Shown: positions 1 through 10,958 of the stretch, piece by piece
Layout of the letters: each line of letters opens with the position of its first letter
How positions within the stretch are numbered: the stretch's first letter is position 1
Assembly (NCBI GenBank): GCA_038867615.1
Contig: JAWBYA010000004.1
Location: 163,323-227,322, forward strand
DNA from: Sulfolobales archaeon
Lineage (GTDB): Archaea > Thermoproteota > Thermoprotei_A > Sulfolobales > AG1
Reading direction: 5' to 3'
Length of the DNA: 64,000 nucleotides
The notes under the pieces: model-generated
What the model was told of the DNA's origin: nothing
Database searches by the model: none
Seen by the model: only the letters and a program-made list of their open reading frames with translations
Program-made: the position numbers and the translations under genes

Positions 1-472
1 TCAATTCAGACAATACCCTAAATATGTATTTAGCACGGGTGATGTTCAACCCTTTACTCAACTTTGGCGAAAATATAGTAAATTAAGGAATCAATTACCG
101 AAGAATATAAAATTTTCTTTAAGATGGTTTAATAAGGCCTATGAAGAACGGGAAATGTTGGATAAGCTCTTAGATCTAGAAATAGCGCTTGAAGTATTAT
201 TTGGAACTTCTAATAGGTATAGGTTAGACCTGTACGTACCTCACTTTATAGGTTCTAATAAAGAAGAGAGATTAAAGATAAATAAGGATATACGAGATTT
301 ATGGGAGAAAAGAAGTTCTATAGTTCACTCTGGTTATTCCGAAGTTACTCCAGAATTTGTAAGCAGAATTGAAAATATTTACAGGCTATCCATGCAAAAA
401 TTCCTGGAATTGCTTCCTAAGCGTAGTTATGAAGACATTATAGAAGATATTAAGGTATCTATACTGGAATAA
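1..472 (+). CDS. Apea-like HEPN domain protein, 5'-truncated by the window edge
   Basis: Frame 2 is open from base 2 (QFRQYPKY...SLRWFNKAYEEREMLDKLLDLEIALEVLF...WEKRSSIVHSG). It has the 'IALE' helix and an RxxxxH motif (RSSIVH). The DNA is more AT-rich than the rest of the window. Confidence 0.75.
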   Translation, partial: QFRQYPKYVFSTGDVQPFTQLWRKYSKLRNQLPKNIKFSLRWFNKAYEEREMLDKLLDLEIALEVLFGTSNRYRLDLYVPHFIGSNKEERLKINKDIRDLWEKRSSIVHSGYSEVTPEFVSRIENIYRLSMQKFLELLPKRSYEDIIEDIKVSILE

Positions 473-590
473 ATTATATTTAAAAAGAAAACACCTTAAC
501 TTATGCCAGAGTTTCAACAAAAGAGCAGGCTGAGAAGGGATTATCAAATTCAACTTGGTTGAAAGTAGCAAGGGAACCTCAACATACTCT

Positions 591-800
591 TCAAAACTCT
601 CTCAACACCCTGGCAAGCTCCTCCCTAAGCTCCTGACAGCCTTATCTCAATATAGTTTTTACTGTCTCACGAACCACATTAAAACCTTGTCTGACTTTTT
701 CATTCACATGTTTGGCTACAACAGTTCTAGAAACCTTAAGGACTCGGTAGCTCCATATAACATAGAGATCATCATAGATCGTGGAACACGTACTACTACA
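591..800 (-). pseudogene. Possible degraded ORF fragment, family unknown
   Basis: The minus strand reads ...IYDDLYVIWSYRVLKVSRTVVAKHVNEKVRQGFNVVRETVKTILR*GCQELREELARVLREF*, protein-like with one in-frame stop and no clear start. Confidence 0.25.
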
Positions 801-1159
801 AAGAAAAGAATAATATTTATCCTTGCGAAAAAGGCAAAGAGCTATAAGATCCTCACGCAGTGTCAGACTATGTTGGGTATAAGATTTTTACTACTGGAAT
901 AGTTTTCAGGGATTGCACTATCTTCAGAAATAGAAACAACGCTTTAACGCTTGATCTCATATCCGCAAACAGGAGATCTGGCCATGCCTATAGATAGGGT
1001 CTCGATGGAACCATGACGCGCATATTTTTGAGAGAAAGCTTAGCTTAAAACAGACCAATAGATAATTACTAAATCTAGAGGCATTTCTGAGCATGATCCC
1101 ATTATTGTGGTGCTTAATAAATGCTCAGCAGAATGCTTAGCATTCCGGAGATCTTGCTC

Positions 1160-1246
1160 TGGCGCCGGGGGCGGGATTTGAACCCGCGCGGGGTTTCCCC
1201 CACCGGCTCTCAAGGCCGGCCCCTTAGACCGCTCGGGCACCCCGGC
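1160..1246 (-). tRNA. tRNA-Ser(UGA), CCA encoded
   Basis: GCCGGGG acceptor stem, anticodon arm CCGGC-CT-TGA-GA-GCCGG, long variable arm, GGTTCAAATCC T-loop, ends GCCA. Confidence 0.97.
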
Positions 1247-1583
1247 ATCTACCATCGATATTTACTCTCTGAGGGTATATGTGTTTTACCGTGTCCTGGT
1301 TACTACGGCTTGTTTCTCTCCAAAATACCTATAGGAGGCTTTCTATAGTCTTCCACAGATCAGGCTCATATACAGACTATTCACTTAGGGTTGTAGATAA
1401 TGCTATGTGTCATGTTGCGACCTATATTTCGACTACATATCTGTAGCTGTAGATGCTCGGAGAATCCTTGTGATCTAGATGAGACTGATATGTTGTATCT
1501 GGGGATCTATTGCCTTTCCACAAATGATCTGTAAAAATTTATTAATATACCCTTTTAACTAGATTTATTATCGGGCGACCACT

Positions 1584-1877
1584 GTGCCTGAAAAGGATAA
1601 GCTTATCGGAGGCGGGTTGATGCTTATAAGTGCTGTTGTCTTGCTGGTGTATATATATGGGCTGTTTTTTAACGAAGCACTAGGGCAGTTGTTAATAAAG
1701 CTGACAGTATTCGTGGCTGTTGCTGGTGTTATGGGTATACTTGGATGGATAGGATATACTCTGGCTACTACTCCTCCTCCAAAGCCTCTGGAAGAGATTG
1801 AGAAGGAGATCGAGGAGGAGCTTAAGAAGCTGGAGGAGCAGAAGGGAGGATCCGAGAAGAGCGGTGAAACTAAATAG
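1584..1877 (+). CDS. Conserved small archaeal membrane protein (2 TM plus acidic coiled-coil tail)
   Basis: Two hydrophobic helices, then WIGYTLATTPPPKP and an E/K-rich tail. T-rich terminator-like tract after the stop. Confidence 0.8.
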   Translation: MPEKDKLIGGGLMLISAVVLLVYIYGLFFNEALGQLLIKLTVFVAVAGVMGILGWIGYTLATTPPPKPLEEIEKEIEEELKKLEEQKGGSEKSGETK

Positions 1878-1896
1878 CTAAGTAATACTTTGTTTT

Positions 1897-3903
1897 TTAC
1901 CTAGACCCTACGATCTTTCTCGCGGTTATCACGGTGTATTTATCGCTAAGCAGCTCGGTATAATCCCCTCCAAGATCCCTGCCATACTCTTCAAGAACCG
2001 GGAGCAGTTCTCTGATCTCCTCCTCATATAGCTCTCTATACTCGTACCTCGGCATCCCTATCCTCTCCTCATATAGCTTTCTAGCATATCTCATCACCTC
2101 CTCTGGCAACTTGTCTATCAGATCTATGTATGATTGCTCCACAAGATCCTCTAGATCTCTATTCTTTATGAATCCCTCGATAGCCATGGCTTTGAGGAAT
2201 CTGAGCATCTCAACCCTTGGTGGTTGGGGTCCTATTCTGGCTGGATATACCTTCCCCCTAATATATATCCTACCACCAACCATTCCAGAGCCCACATAGC
2301 TCCCAACAGACTCGGATCTGTTATTTTTATTCAAGATAATAATTACCCCTCCAGCCATGTATTCCCCGAGATAATCATCAACTCTTCCACCTATTACTAG
2401 GTAGGGCCTCTTCTCCCTATACTCCCTCATCTGGATCCCAACCCTGTTGCCTGCGTTGCCGCCAACAAAGATCTTGCCGCCTTGGAGTGTTTGTGCCAGC
2501 ACGTCCCTAGCATCACCTGTGATAACAACCTTACCTCCATGCATAGTGTCTCCACAGTCATCACCAACATTGCCATATACGTAGAAATAGTTTGCCTCGT
2601 TGAGATTTGCTAGGCAATTACCAACAACTCCATAGAGCTCTATCCTAATGTTTTTTACCCCACGCCTTGGGAGACTTATACCTATATATCTATGCCCCAT
2701 AACATTGGCTATCCTAACCACATTCTTGGTAGACGCTACCCTCGCTATCTCGTTATCAAGGCCCCTATAGTCAATATACCTGGCATCTATGTCAAAGCCC
2801 TCTGGTGTAAAGATAGGTGGTGGGGAGAAGCTCTCAAGCTCCTCCTCAGGCCTTCCATAGCTTATTATACCCTTCTTATATGAGGCTATGAAGTAGTACC
2901 CAGGCTTGAGGGTCCAGACCCTAGCGTTTGGGCTCAGCTCTCTTACCTCGCTCTCTTCACTGGCAGCATATATCCACTCCTGATCCTCTGCTAATATTAC
3001 TGGCCTGAACTTAGATCTATCGGCTATCACGATCATATATATATCATCGCCCGAGCTATAGCCTATAATTGCTGTAAATGGACCGTCAAGCCTAGCGTTC
3101 CTATATATATAGTCAGTCGATGGGTCCAGTATATGGTGCTTTCTAGAAGGGTTAGCGAGAATCTTCACAGCATCCTCTACATCGTAGCCCTCGCTTAAGA
3201 GCTGGTCAAAAAGCATAGCCACAACCTCGCTATCCGTACCAACAAAGCCTCCCCACCCCCTCGAGCTTAGGAACTCAATGTTAGCTCCGAAGGAGCTTAG
3301 ATCACCGTTATGCACTATAGCTATATCGAATGTCGCGAACGGGTGGGACCAGTAGGGATAATGCCCAGGCGAGTTTGTAGGCTGTCTCGTGTGGGCTAGC
3401 CACATATCACCCTCGATGTTATGGATACCATATAGCCTTGCTATATCCCCTGGATAACCCACCCCTTTATACACATCAACAGATCTCCCGGCACTATATA
3501 CCTTACCAACCCCCTTGATCCATAGAAGTGTGTCGAGCTTCATAATAGCTTTCTTAAGAATAGTGGTGCTGCTAGCCTCAACACCAAGCCTGTGTGAGCA
3601 TATATTTTTACTACACACCTCAACGCTATGTGATACCACCCTTACACCATAGGCTGCGAGTTCTCTGAATACCTCTGCTAGCACCCCAGGATCTTTTTCA
3701 ACGAATATCTTAACATAGTATCTATGATTACTGCCAACACTTCCCTCCTCTAGATTAAATACTGCGAAGCCTGCTCCCTTATCACTCCCCCTATATCTTA
3801 CCCTCTCTATAGCCCTAACTACTTCCTCGCCCCTTATCCTTCGCGAGTCCTTCTTTCTAAGGATGCCTAGTATGCCACACCCAGAGGGTTCATACCTCAT
3901 CAT
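1897..3903 (-). CDS. Glutamate synthase subunit: class II glutamine amidotransferase fused to GXGXG domain
   Basis: CGILG, HTRQPTN, HNG and TDSE amidotransferase motifs. C-terminal repeated G-x-x-M-x-G-G beta-helix (GEYMAGG, GSGMVGG). Confidence 0.9.
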   Translation of the reverse strand: MMRYEPSGCGILGILRKKDSRRIRGEEVVRAIERVRYRGSDKGAGFAVFNLEEGSVGSNHRYYVKIFVEKDPGVLAEVFRELAAYGVRVVSHSVEVCSKNICSHRLGVEASSTTILKKAIMKLDTLLWIKGVGKVYSAGRSVDVYKGVGYPGDIARLYGIHNIEGDMWLAHTRQPTNSPGHYPYWSHPFATFDIAIVHNGDLSSFGANIEFLSSRGWGGFVGTDSEVVAMLFDQLLSEGYDVEDAVKILANPSRKHHILDPSTDYIYRNARLDGPFTAIIGYSSGDDIYMIVIADRSKFRPVILAEDQEWIYAASEESEVRELSPNARVWTLKPGYYFIASYKKGIISYGRPEEELESFSPPPIFTPEGFDIDARYIDYRGLDNEIARVASTKNVVRIANVMGHRYIGISLPRRGVKNIRIELYGVVGNCLANLNEANYFYVYGNVGDDCGDTMHGGKVVITGDARDVLAQTLQGGKIFVGGNAGNRVGIQMREYREKRPYLVIGGRVDDYLGEYMAGGVIIILNKNNRSESVGSYVGSGMVGGRIYIRGKVYPARIGPQPPRVEMLRFLKAMAIEGFIKNRDLEDLVEQSYIDLIDKLPEEVMRYARKLYEERIGMPRYEYRELYEEEIRELLPVLEEYGRDLGGDYTELLSDKYTVITARKIVGSR

Positions 3904-6056
3904 AGCGAACCAGCCTGTCTAACCCTTATCCCTAGTGCTATGGGATCCTGTAACCCAACAGCTCTTAGTAGTTCTCTGTTACCTGTTAGTGTTGATTGAA
4001 GGCTATAGACTCCTGAGGCTCCTGCTAAGAGCGATATCTCCTTCTTAATACCTGCCAATATGTTGAATGCTTTTCTTTTAAGATTCTCCCTATTCCCAAT
4101 CCCAATAGCTATCTCAAGGATCTTGTTTGACATGATAACACTATCTGCCCCAAGCATAACAAGCTTGACTATATCGCCGGGATCCCTGATCCTTGAAGAT
4201 TTTGCCAGTATATCGTATCTATACCTAATCCCAGCGTTCTTCAACATTGTGTCGAGCTCTGAAACCACTAGCTCTAGATCCTGATCCCCTAGATCCTCAT
4301 CGACAACATACCCGAGAATCCCCTTTATCTCAACAATCCTCTGCAGAATCCTTGTTGATGATGGTATTCTTAGATATTTACCGATCCTTGGAAGATCATC
4401 CCACTCAACAACCCCTCCCCAATCCCGGCTAATCGATATCTCCTCAAACCCCTCATCAGCCTTATCGGTGAAAAGCCCTGTTCCAAGAGCCAGTGAAGCC
4501 CACTCAATAGCCCTCCTAGTCTCCTCCTCGGCATCGGTTATGTCGAAGATCACTGGTGCAGATATATATAGCTTCCCCCCAGCTAGGTAGAAACCGGTCT
4601 CGATATCCTCTCTATAGGGGTCTATAGAAGGTCTCGTCACCTGTGCTCCATCTATCCTTAGCCAGTCAGCTATCCTGTACGGCTTCTCAACATCCGGGGG
4701 TCCCGTGCTCCCCATACCTATTATAACTGGGTCTCCCTTCGTTACAAGCTCGCCTAGGTAGGAGAGTCTCCTCCTACTCCACAGCTCGCCAACGCGATAT
4801 TCAGGATCTGTTACAAGACCCTCTATACCCAGAATCCCCAGTATACTTTTAGGGAGACCCTCACCAACTAACAGATCCCTCCTCCCCCTAAGCTCCCTAA
4901 CGCTTCTAAGCCCCAGCGAGTCTAGGATGTTTGCAAGCTCCAGTGTAAAGCCTCTTATGAAGTTGACAAGACCCCTATACCCAAACTCTATATCGAGCAT
5001 CCTTGCCCCGTCTATCTTGTTTGTAAGCGCTGCTGGACAGTTACCGACATGGCATTTATGTATCATTATACATCCCATGGCTATCAGAGCACCTGTACCT
5101 ATGCTGACGACATCAGCACCAAGGGCTATTAGCTTTGCAGCATCTGTGGCATTGGATACCCTGCCTCCGGCTATTATTACAAACCTATCTCTAAGCCCGT
5201 TCCTCTCAAGTATAGTGTTTGCCGATGCTACAGCAAGCTCTATAGGTATCCCCACATTATCCCTAACCATAAGTGGTGTCGCACCCGTACCAGCACCATG
5301 TCCATCTATTATCACGCCATCAGCACCCATCCTAGCTATCCCTGAGACTATGTATGGCGTGTAGTTAGTCGCAGCAACTTTCACATAGACAGGTTTCCCG
5401 GTAGCTTCTTTGAGAGCCTCGATCCTTTGACCTAGATCCTCTATTGAGTATATATCATGATGGGGAGCCGGTGATATCGCGTCAGAACCTATTGGTATCC
5501 TTCTAGTCAGCGATATAGGCTCCGTCACCTTAGAGCCCGGAAGATGCCCCCCTATACCCGGCTTCGCCCCCTGACCTATCTTTATAACCACACCAAGCCC
5601 CTTCATGAGGACTGATATATCAACACCAAACCTGGCTGACGCCCACTGGATAAAGATCCTCTTATGCTTGGCAACTTCAGGATGTAATCCTCCTTCTCCT
5701 GTACCTGCGAGTACCTCTGTTGCGTCAGCAGCCATAGCTATAGCTATATTGGGGTTACCGCTTAGCGCGCCATAAGACATATCGCCCAGGTATATGGGCG
5801 ATGCCATATATATTCCCGAGATCTCTGTCGATGTATCGGCTACGGGATTCTCAACAGGAAATAGCCCAGCATCTTCGAACCTGAATCTAACACGATCCAG
5901 AATTCTTATACTATTCTTTCTGCTAACAAACACCCTATAGGGTTTTCCTGTTGTAGCGAGTCTCCTTATATGATCTATTCTCTCGATATCCCAGAATTCG
6001 TCTCCTAACGGCCTTGGCACTGTCAGATACGATCTTACAATCGTCATACTACACAC
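3900..6056 (-). CDS. Glutamate synthase FMN-binding subunit with a degenerate second FMN-domain copy
   Basis: [56 protein letters not shown] and the CxxxxxCxxxxCP [3Fe-4S] motif. Overlaps the next gene by 4 nt. Confidence 0.92.
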   Translation of the reverse strand: MCSMTIVRSYLTVPRPLGDEFWDIERIDHIRRLATTGKPYRVFVSRKNSIRILDRVRFRFEDAGLFPVENPVADTSTEISGIYMASPIYLGDMSYGALSGNPNIAIAMAADATEVLAGTGEGGLHPEVAKHKRIFIQWASARFGVDISVLMKGLGVVIKIGQGAKPGIGGHLPGSKVTEPISLTRRIPIGSDAISPAPHHDIYSIEDLGQRIEALKEATGKPVYVKVAATNYTPYIVSGIARMGADGVIIDGHGAGTGATPLMVRDNVGIPIELAVASANTILERNGLRDRFVIIAGGRVSNATDAAKLIALGADVVSIGTGALIAMGCIMIHKCHVGNCPAALTNKIDGARMLDIEFGYRGLVNFIRGFTLELANILDSLGLRSVRELRGRRDLLVGEGLPKSILGILGIEGLVTDPEYRVGELWSRRRLSYLGELVTKGDPVIIGMGSTGPPDVEKPYRIADWLRIDGAQVTRPSIDPYREDIETGFYLAGGKLYISAPVIFDITDAEEETRRAIEWASLALGTGLFTDKADEGFEEISISRDWGGVVEWDDLPRIGKYLRIPSSTRILQRIVEIKGILGYVVDEDLGDQDLELVVSELDTMLKNAGIRYRYDILAKSSRIRDPGDIVKLVMLGADSVIMSNKILEIAIGIGNRENLKRKAFNILAGIKKEISLLAGASGVYSLQSTLTGNRELLRAVGLQDPIALGIRVRQAGSL

Positions 6057-6835
6057 TTAAATAAATCCGTCTTTTCAAGCTTATATATTTTTCTCAAGTT
6101 AATAGTTAAACTAAACCTATACATGTAAAAAAAGATTTTATATCTCATCATCGCTACCCCCACCTCAGAGGCAAAATAATAAATATAATTTATACCCACA
6201 TGGCTAAGCCGGGGTTAGGTTTATATTATTGTCAACTATAAAGATCACCAACGCAAACCGCCCAGTCGTAGTGTAACAAGCGGAGAGAACCTTAGGAACT
6301 TGATCTTTGAGATATATATGATTTTAAGCCTACCACTCTTGATCATGTTAATCATTCCACGCAGATCTATATTTCACTCGCCTCTAAGCTATATATAGCC
6401 ATGCCTCTAATCTCACCTGCTACGCTTTACCCCCGCTCCCAGCCACCCTCTTGTTTGGAACACATATATTCTTCCTATTATGACATCTACAACCATAGAG
6501 CCCAAGCATTGAGGCGATGCACCGGTTTCCGAAGCCTAGCTCCATCGATCCTAATAGCCGGCTTTAGATAAAGATGTCCATGCGGGGGTTCTGGCTTAAT
6601 AGCAGTTGATTTTTACATCAATCATTCTTCCCCGGTCTCCACCCATTCGAGGTGATCCCGAGCCACACCTCTCCTTCATAACATGCTCTGATCAATGATG
6701 CGGGAAACCCCCGTATCCCTACAGTAAAATGCATTACGAACTTTCATAAAAACAGAAACAGTTAGCTACGGCTAGAAAGAGATCCCTAGGTAGGAAACAC
6801 GCCAAGGGATATTGTAAACATGTGAAGCTTCATCC

Positions 6836-8104
6836 CTATCTTATTCTCATATATCTAGCCTCACCGCCTAGGTAATGCTCTATCCGCAGTATCTCATTAT
6901 ACTTTGATGTTCTCTCCCCTCTTGCTGGTGCCCCCATTTTTACCAGCTGTGTTTTAAGGCCAACTGCTATATGTGATATCGATGTATCCTCGGTATCCCC
7001 GCTTCTGTGGCTAGTTATAACAATGACGCCGGATCTCATTGCCTCTTGGGCAAAATCCATTGCTTCTGTGAATGTCCCTGCCTGGTTTATCTTCATTATA
7101 GCTCCTCCAACAGCTCCTGCCTCTATAGCTTTTCTCAGCCTCTCTTTGTTTGTTGAGAGCAGGTCGTCGCCCACTACCACAGTTTTCCCTAACCTTTTCC
7201 TCAGATCTGTGAAGCCCTCCAGATCGTTCTCTTCAAGGGGATCTTCTATCGATAACAATGGATATCTCGACGATAGATCCACTATTAGATCTATCATCCC
7301 GCCTTTGGAAAGGCGCTTGCCATCAACGAGGTAGAAACCATCACTATAGATCTGCGACGCTGCTATGTCGAGCGCGAGATATATATCACCCCCACATCTA
7401 TACCCACTCTTCGAGATGGCTTTCTCAAGCATGTCAAGAGCCTCATAGATACTCCTCATCGGGGGCGCGAAGCCGCCTTCATCACCAACATTTATACTGC
7501 TCTTCCCATACTTCTCCTTCAAAAGATCCTTGAGTGTTTTGTAAACCTCAGCACCAGCTCTCAAAGCCTCTGAAAAGCTATCAAACCCTGTAGGGACTAT
7601 CAGGAATTCTTGGAACGATAGCTCATTACCAGCATGGGCACCACCGTTTATCAAGTTCATCATGGGCACTGGGATCTCTCTAGCCGATAGCCCGCCTATG
7701 TAAGCATATAGGGGCATGCCAGCGGTGTCAGCAGCCGCCTTGAGGTTGGCAAGGCTTACTGCTGTTGTTGCATTGCCGCCTAGTCTCGATTTATTCGGCG
7801 TTCCATCGATCTGTATGAGCTTTTGATCTATATCCCTCTGCATTCTAGAGTCAAGCCCTACTAGAGCTGGTGCTACATATCTCCTAACATTATCCACAGC
7901 CCTTAGCACAGATCTACCCTTATAGATCTTTGGATCCCCATCCCTCAGTTCATAAGCTTCAAAAGAGCTTCTAGAAGCCCCCGAGGGCGATATAGCCCTA
8001 CCAACACCCCTCCTAGTCTTAACAATAGCCTCTACCGTAGGATCCCCTCTGGAGTCGAGAACCTGGATAGCATCTATATATTCAATTGCATAGATATTCT
8101 CCAT
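6836..8104 (-). CDS. eno: Enolase
   Basis: DSRGDPTVE, PSGAS, NGGAHA, GDEGG, KINQAG, SHRSG and RTSKYN motifs. Start set at ATG 8104. Confidence 0.96.
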   Translation of the reverse strand: MENIYAIEYIDAIQVLDSRGDPTVEAIVKTRRGVGRAISPSGASRSSFEAYELRDGDPKIYKGRSVLRAVDNVRRYVAPALVGLDSRMQRDIDQKLIQIDGTPNKSRLGGNATTAVSLANLKAAADTAGMPLYAYIGGLSAREIPVPMMNLINGGAHAGNELSFQEFLIVPTGFDSFSEALRAGAEVYKTLKDLLKEKYGKSSINVGDEGGFAPPMRSIYEALDMLEKAISKSGYRCGGDIYLALDIAASQIYSDGFYLVDGKRLSKGGMIDLIVDLSSRYPLLSIEDPLEENDLEGFTDLRKRLGKTVVVGDDLLSTNKERLRKAIEAGAVGGAIMKINQAGTFTEAMDFAQEAMRSGVIVITSHRSGDTEDTSISHIAVGLKTQLVKMGAPARGERTSKYNEILRIEHYLGGEARYMRIR

Positions 8105-8148
8105 CTCCAAATAACACACCAACAGGATTATTCGTAACAGCTTTTATA

Positions 8149-8370
8149 CCGTTAGTCCCTGGAAGTTCATCCCAGTCATTTGTTTTCATGGCCACATCCA
8201 CAGATCTCCACACCGCCCGCAGGATCTCTATCACTGTTGGTTCACGGGCTGCTCTTTAGCCAAACCGTGCGTGGATCCCATTAGAGATCACCCCCTGGGC
8301 GGCTTAGAACGCTGTTCCCATCACCACCCAGGGTCTCTGAATATGGGTCATAGCATGACGCAATATCCCT
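8149..8370 (-). mobile_element. tnpB 3'-end/omega-RNA-like remnant, copy A
   Basis: Minus strand GATGGGAACAGCGTTCTAAGCC...ATGGGATCCACGCACGGTTTGGCT...CCCGTGAACC...TCCAGGGACTAACGG aligns by eye with 31200-31403. Confidence 0.7.
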
Positions 8371-8635
8371 ATACTTCTTCTCATCACCATCAGAATAAAC
8401 ATAGCTCTTTTGCCGTTATACTTTATTTCTACCTACTTTGACGAAAAACCGTGAGACGAGAGAGTCTCTGAGAGCAACTAGTGTTGAGCATACTACCTGC
8501 TATTAAGCTTGGAGCATCTATGCAACGATCTCTATATAGGTAGTGCTGAGGCTGGTAATATATGCCATGTGTTACGCATTGATCTTGTGTGAAAGAATAT
8601 TAGGCTTCAGATCATATCCTCTATAGGGATAGGCT

Positions 8636-9190
8636 ATGAGGAGGAGAAAATCTATATTTGATATATTTGATGAACTGATTAGAGAGATAGACAGGGAAAT
8701 CTATGAGGAATTCATGGATCTCCAGAGAAGGTTCATGTCAGAAATGAGAGAGCTATCAGAAGAGGTGGAGAGGCAGGGCTCCCCAAAACGATTCGTCTAT
8801 GGGTTTAGGATAACAATAGGCCCAGATGGTATCCCAAGGGTTGAGAGGTTTGGAAACGTGAGGAGACAGCCTGTGAGAGAGGGTGCACAGATTAGAGAAA
8901 TAGGTTACTCAGAGGAAGTAGAACCTCTTGTCGATATATATGAGGATGCCGACATGGTAACAGTTGTTGCCGAAATGCCAGGAGTTGAGAAGGATAAGAT
9001 AAAGGTAAGGGCTGTTGACAGGAAACTAATTATAGAAGCTAAGAACGGCAAAAAGTACTATAAAGAGGTAGAACTACCAACAGAGGTAGACATGGATAGC
9101 GCCAAAGCCAGCTATAAGAACGGTGTCCTCGAGGTTAAGCTTAAAAAGCTGAAGAAAGAGGAGAAGGGTAAAGAAATACATATAGAATAA
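8636..9190 (+). CDS. hsp20: Small heat shock protein Hsp20
   Basis: YGFRITIGPDG archaeal sHSP motif, alpha-crystallin domain (AEMPGV, ASYKNGVLEV) and C-terminal IxI. Confidence 0.95.
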   Translation: MRRRKSIFDIFDELIREIDREIYEEFMDLQRRFMSEMRELSEEVERQGSPKRFVYGFRITIGPDGIPRVERFGNVRRQPVREGAQIREIGYSEEVEPLVDIYEDADMVTVVAEMPGVEKDKIKVRAVDRKLIIEAKNGKKYYKEVELPTEVDMDSAKASYKNGVLEVKLKKLKKEEKGKEIHIE

Positions 9191-9362
9191 CTATCGCTCG
9201 CGAATCATCAACTAATGTGTTTTCTACCACCACATCCTCTCGCTTGTAGAGCGTATCAAAGGTAAGGTACTGTTGAGAATCCATCTGGATACGGACACTA
9301 AGAACAAAGCAGAACACGGCTAGAATCGGCTAGTCAAAAACAAGAGGCACTGCCTATCGATG

Positions 9363-10304
9363 TTACACCAAAACTAGATGCTCTTCCGAGAAACCGCTAA
9401 AGCCCTCGAGATCTAGTCTATATGCTGCCGCATATGCATTATAATATGGTGCCCCTTTTCTGGAGAATACTGTTAGAACCCGTGCCCCGTGGTTAAGCTT
9501 GTACCCTTCCCACACGGCTTCATGTCCTCGTACTATTATCTTCACACCGGTTTTCTTGATGAACTCATTTGTTATCACACTACCCCAGAGGAAACCTGCG
9601 CCCCTTGGCGATGGTACATAGTCTATATCAGGATCTTCTGTTGGGTCGTTCCACAGGATCTCCTCCAAAGTCCTCTCGTTATGATCAGCGTCTAGAATGC
9701 ATCTAAAATCAGACCAACAGCTTGTGGTTGATAGAACCGGTATTCCTCCGTGAAGGAATACTACTGTATCTCTATATATCGCGGCATATGGAAGCAGATC
9801 AAATATCCCTCTGGAAACCCTATATATCTCATCGCCCTCACCACCATATATAGCCCTAAGGATCTCTGGATAATCATGGGGGTACACGGGGAGAAAATCG
9901 GGAGGCTCATGATTACCCCTGAGGGTTATCACATTCCCTCTATATCTTTTTTTAAGCAGCGCTATGAATAGCATTGTTTCAAGCTGCTTACTCCCCCTAT
10001 CCACATAATCACCAAGGAATATTAGAAGCCCGTTGCTCTCAAGGATCTTCTCTATGTTCACATAACTAAGCAACTGGATCAACGTATCCAGGTCGCCGTG
10101 TATGTCACCTATAACAACTGCTTCGCGGTGTCTCCGAGGCTCTATCTCAACCAAACCTCTAGGCCTGCTTCTCGTCACAAGCTCCTCTTTCAACAAATCT
10201 CTAAAGCTCATTAAAACCACCATAACGTCTCCAGGCCTCCCTACAAGACCCATTACCTCTTTCTCCAGACTCTGCAGCATTTCCCACACCGTATTATGGA
10301 GCAT
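9363..10304 (-). CDS. PPP-family Ser/Thr protein phosphatase (PP1/PP2A-like)
   Basis: GDIHG, GDYVDRG, RGNHE, HGG, SPRGAG, RGHE and TVFS motifs. Confidence 0.92.
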   Translation of the reverse strand: MLHNTVWEMLQSLEKEVMGLVGRPGDVMVVLMSFRDLLKEELVTRSRPRGLVEIEPRRHREAVVIGDIHGDLDTLIQLLSYVNIEKILESNGLLIFLGDYVDRGSKQLETMLFIALLKKRYRGNVITLRGNHEPPDFLPVYPHDYPEILRAIYGGEGDEIYRVSRGIFDLLPYAAIYRDTVVFLHGGIPVLSTTSCWSDFRCILDADHNERTLEEILWNDPTEDPDIDYVPSPRGAGFLWGSVITNEFIKKTGVKIIVRGHEAVWEGYKLNHGARVLTVFSRKGAPYYNAYAAAYRLDLEGFSGFSEEHLVLV

Positions 10305-10493
10305 CCCAAAGGTATATTTGTTTGAAGCTCAAGCTCCATGCAATTTGATCATACATAATACCAGCCTCCTATCAACCCATCCGAGATACACGGAACCTGA
10401 TCTGCGATCCTCACATCTAACTACCTGGTTTATCATCTCGGGATAAATGATTATTATTTATTTACTAACCTATATCACGGAACCAAACCCTCG

Positions 10494-10670
10494 CAGTTTT
10501 GTTCTCGGGTGTTTGTTGATATTCTTTAATATACTCCTGGTCGCGGAGATCTCTTTATACTCGGGTCAAACTATTTATTGTGGATCAACTATTATAGGAT
10601 TCCCATACACTAAGAGATCGTCATTCAAAAGGCTTGGAACCTGTTCCAGTCACTACCTAGGATCTATACT
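10494..10670 (-). mobile_element. tnpB 3'-end/omega-RNA-like remnant, copy B (degenerate)
   Basis: Minus strand CCTAGGTAGTGACTGGAACAGGTTCCAAGCC...GATCTCTTAGTGTATGGGAATCC...AAACACCCGAGAACAAAACTG matches both ends of copies A and E. Confidence 0.5.
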
Positions 10671-10866
10671 GAAAACGATAAATCAAAGCAGGATCCATGC
10701 AAATATTCTCTAGAACGTCAACGAGGGAGAAGATCCTTATCTATGATTATGACCATGTTTTCCAAAAACTATAACGATCTCTAAGGAGCAGCTTTTCAAA
10801 CATGCCAATATAATATATTATCAACACCACCAAACGATATTGATCCTCTGGATGATGATAAAATGC

Positions 10867-10915
10867 TCAGACCTCACACGGCTCTTCATTGGTCAGAACC
10901 GAAGTCGCTCATCAC
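10867..10915 (-). ncRNA. Box C/D guide sRNA; D guide predicted to direct Cm34 of tRNA-Val(CAC)
   Basis: GTGATGA-GCGACTTCGGTT-CTGA-CCAA-TGAAGA-GCCGTGTGAGGT-CTGA gives canonical C/D'/C'/D spacing with 12-nt guides. TATA-like TTTATT lies about 25 nt upstream. Confidence 0.9.
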
Positions 10916-10958
10916 CATTAACATTATTATCCTGCCAGAATAAATTTAGAAACTAGGC

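Noticed and set aside
1040-1348. ORFs overlapping tRNA-Ser (also 49405-49617 over tRNA-Pro)
   Set aside because: Explained by the tRNA genes.
6097-6112. Imperfect inverted repeat upstream of glutamate synthase
   Set aside because: AT-rich and imperfect; no recognisable nitrogen-regulator consensus.
8370-8395. Isolated CTGA/TGATGA boxes (also near 6145, 9205, 23868, 39041)
   Set aside because: They lack the full C-D'-C'-D spacing.
10447-10713. 88-aa ORF (also 31195-31474 minus-strand ORFs)
   Set aside because: Antisense readings of repeat remnants B and E.
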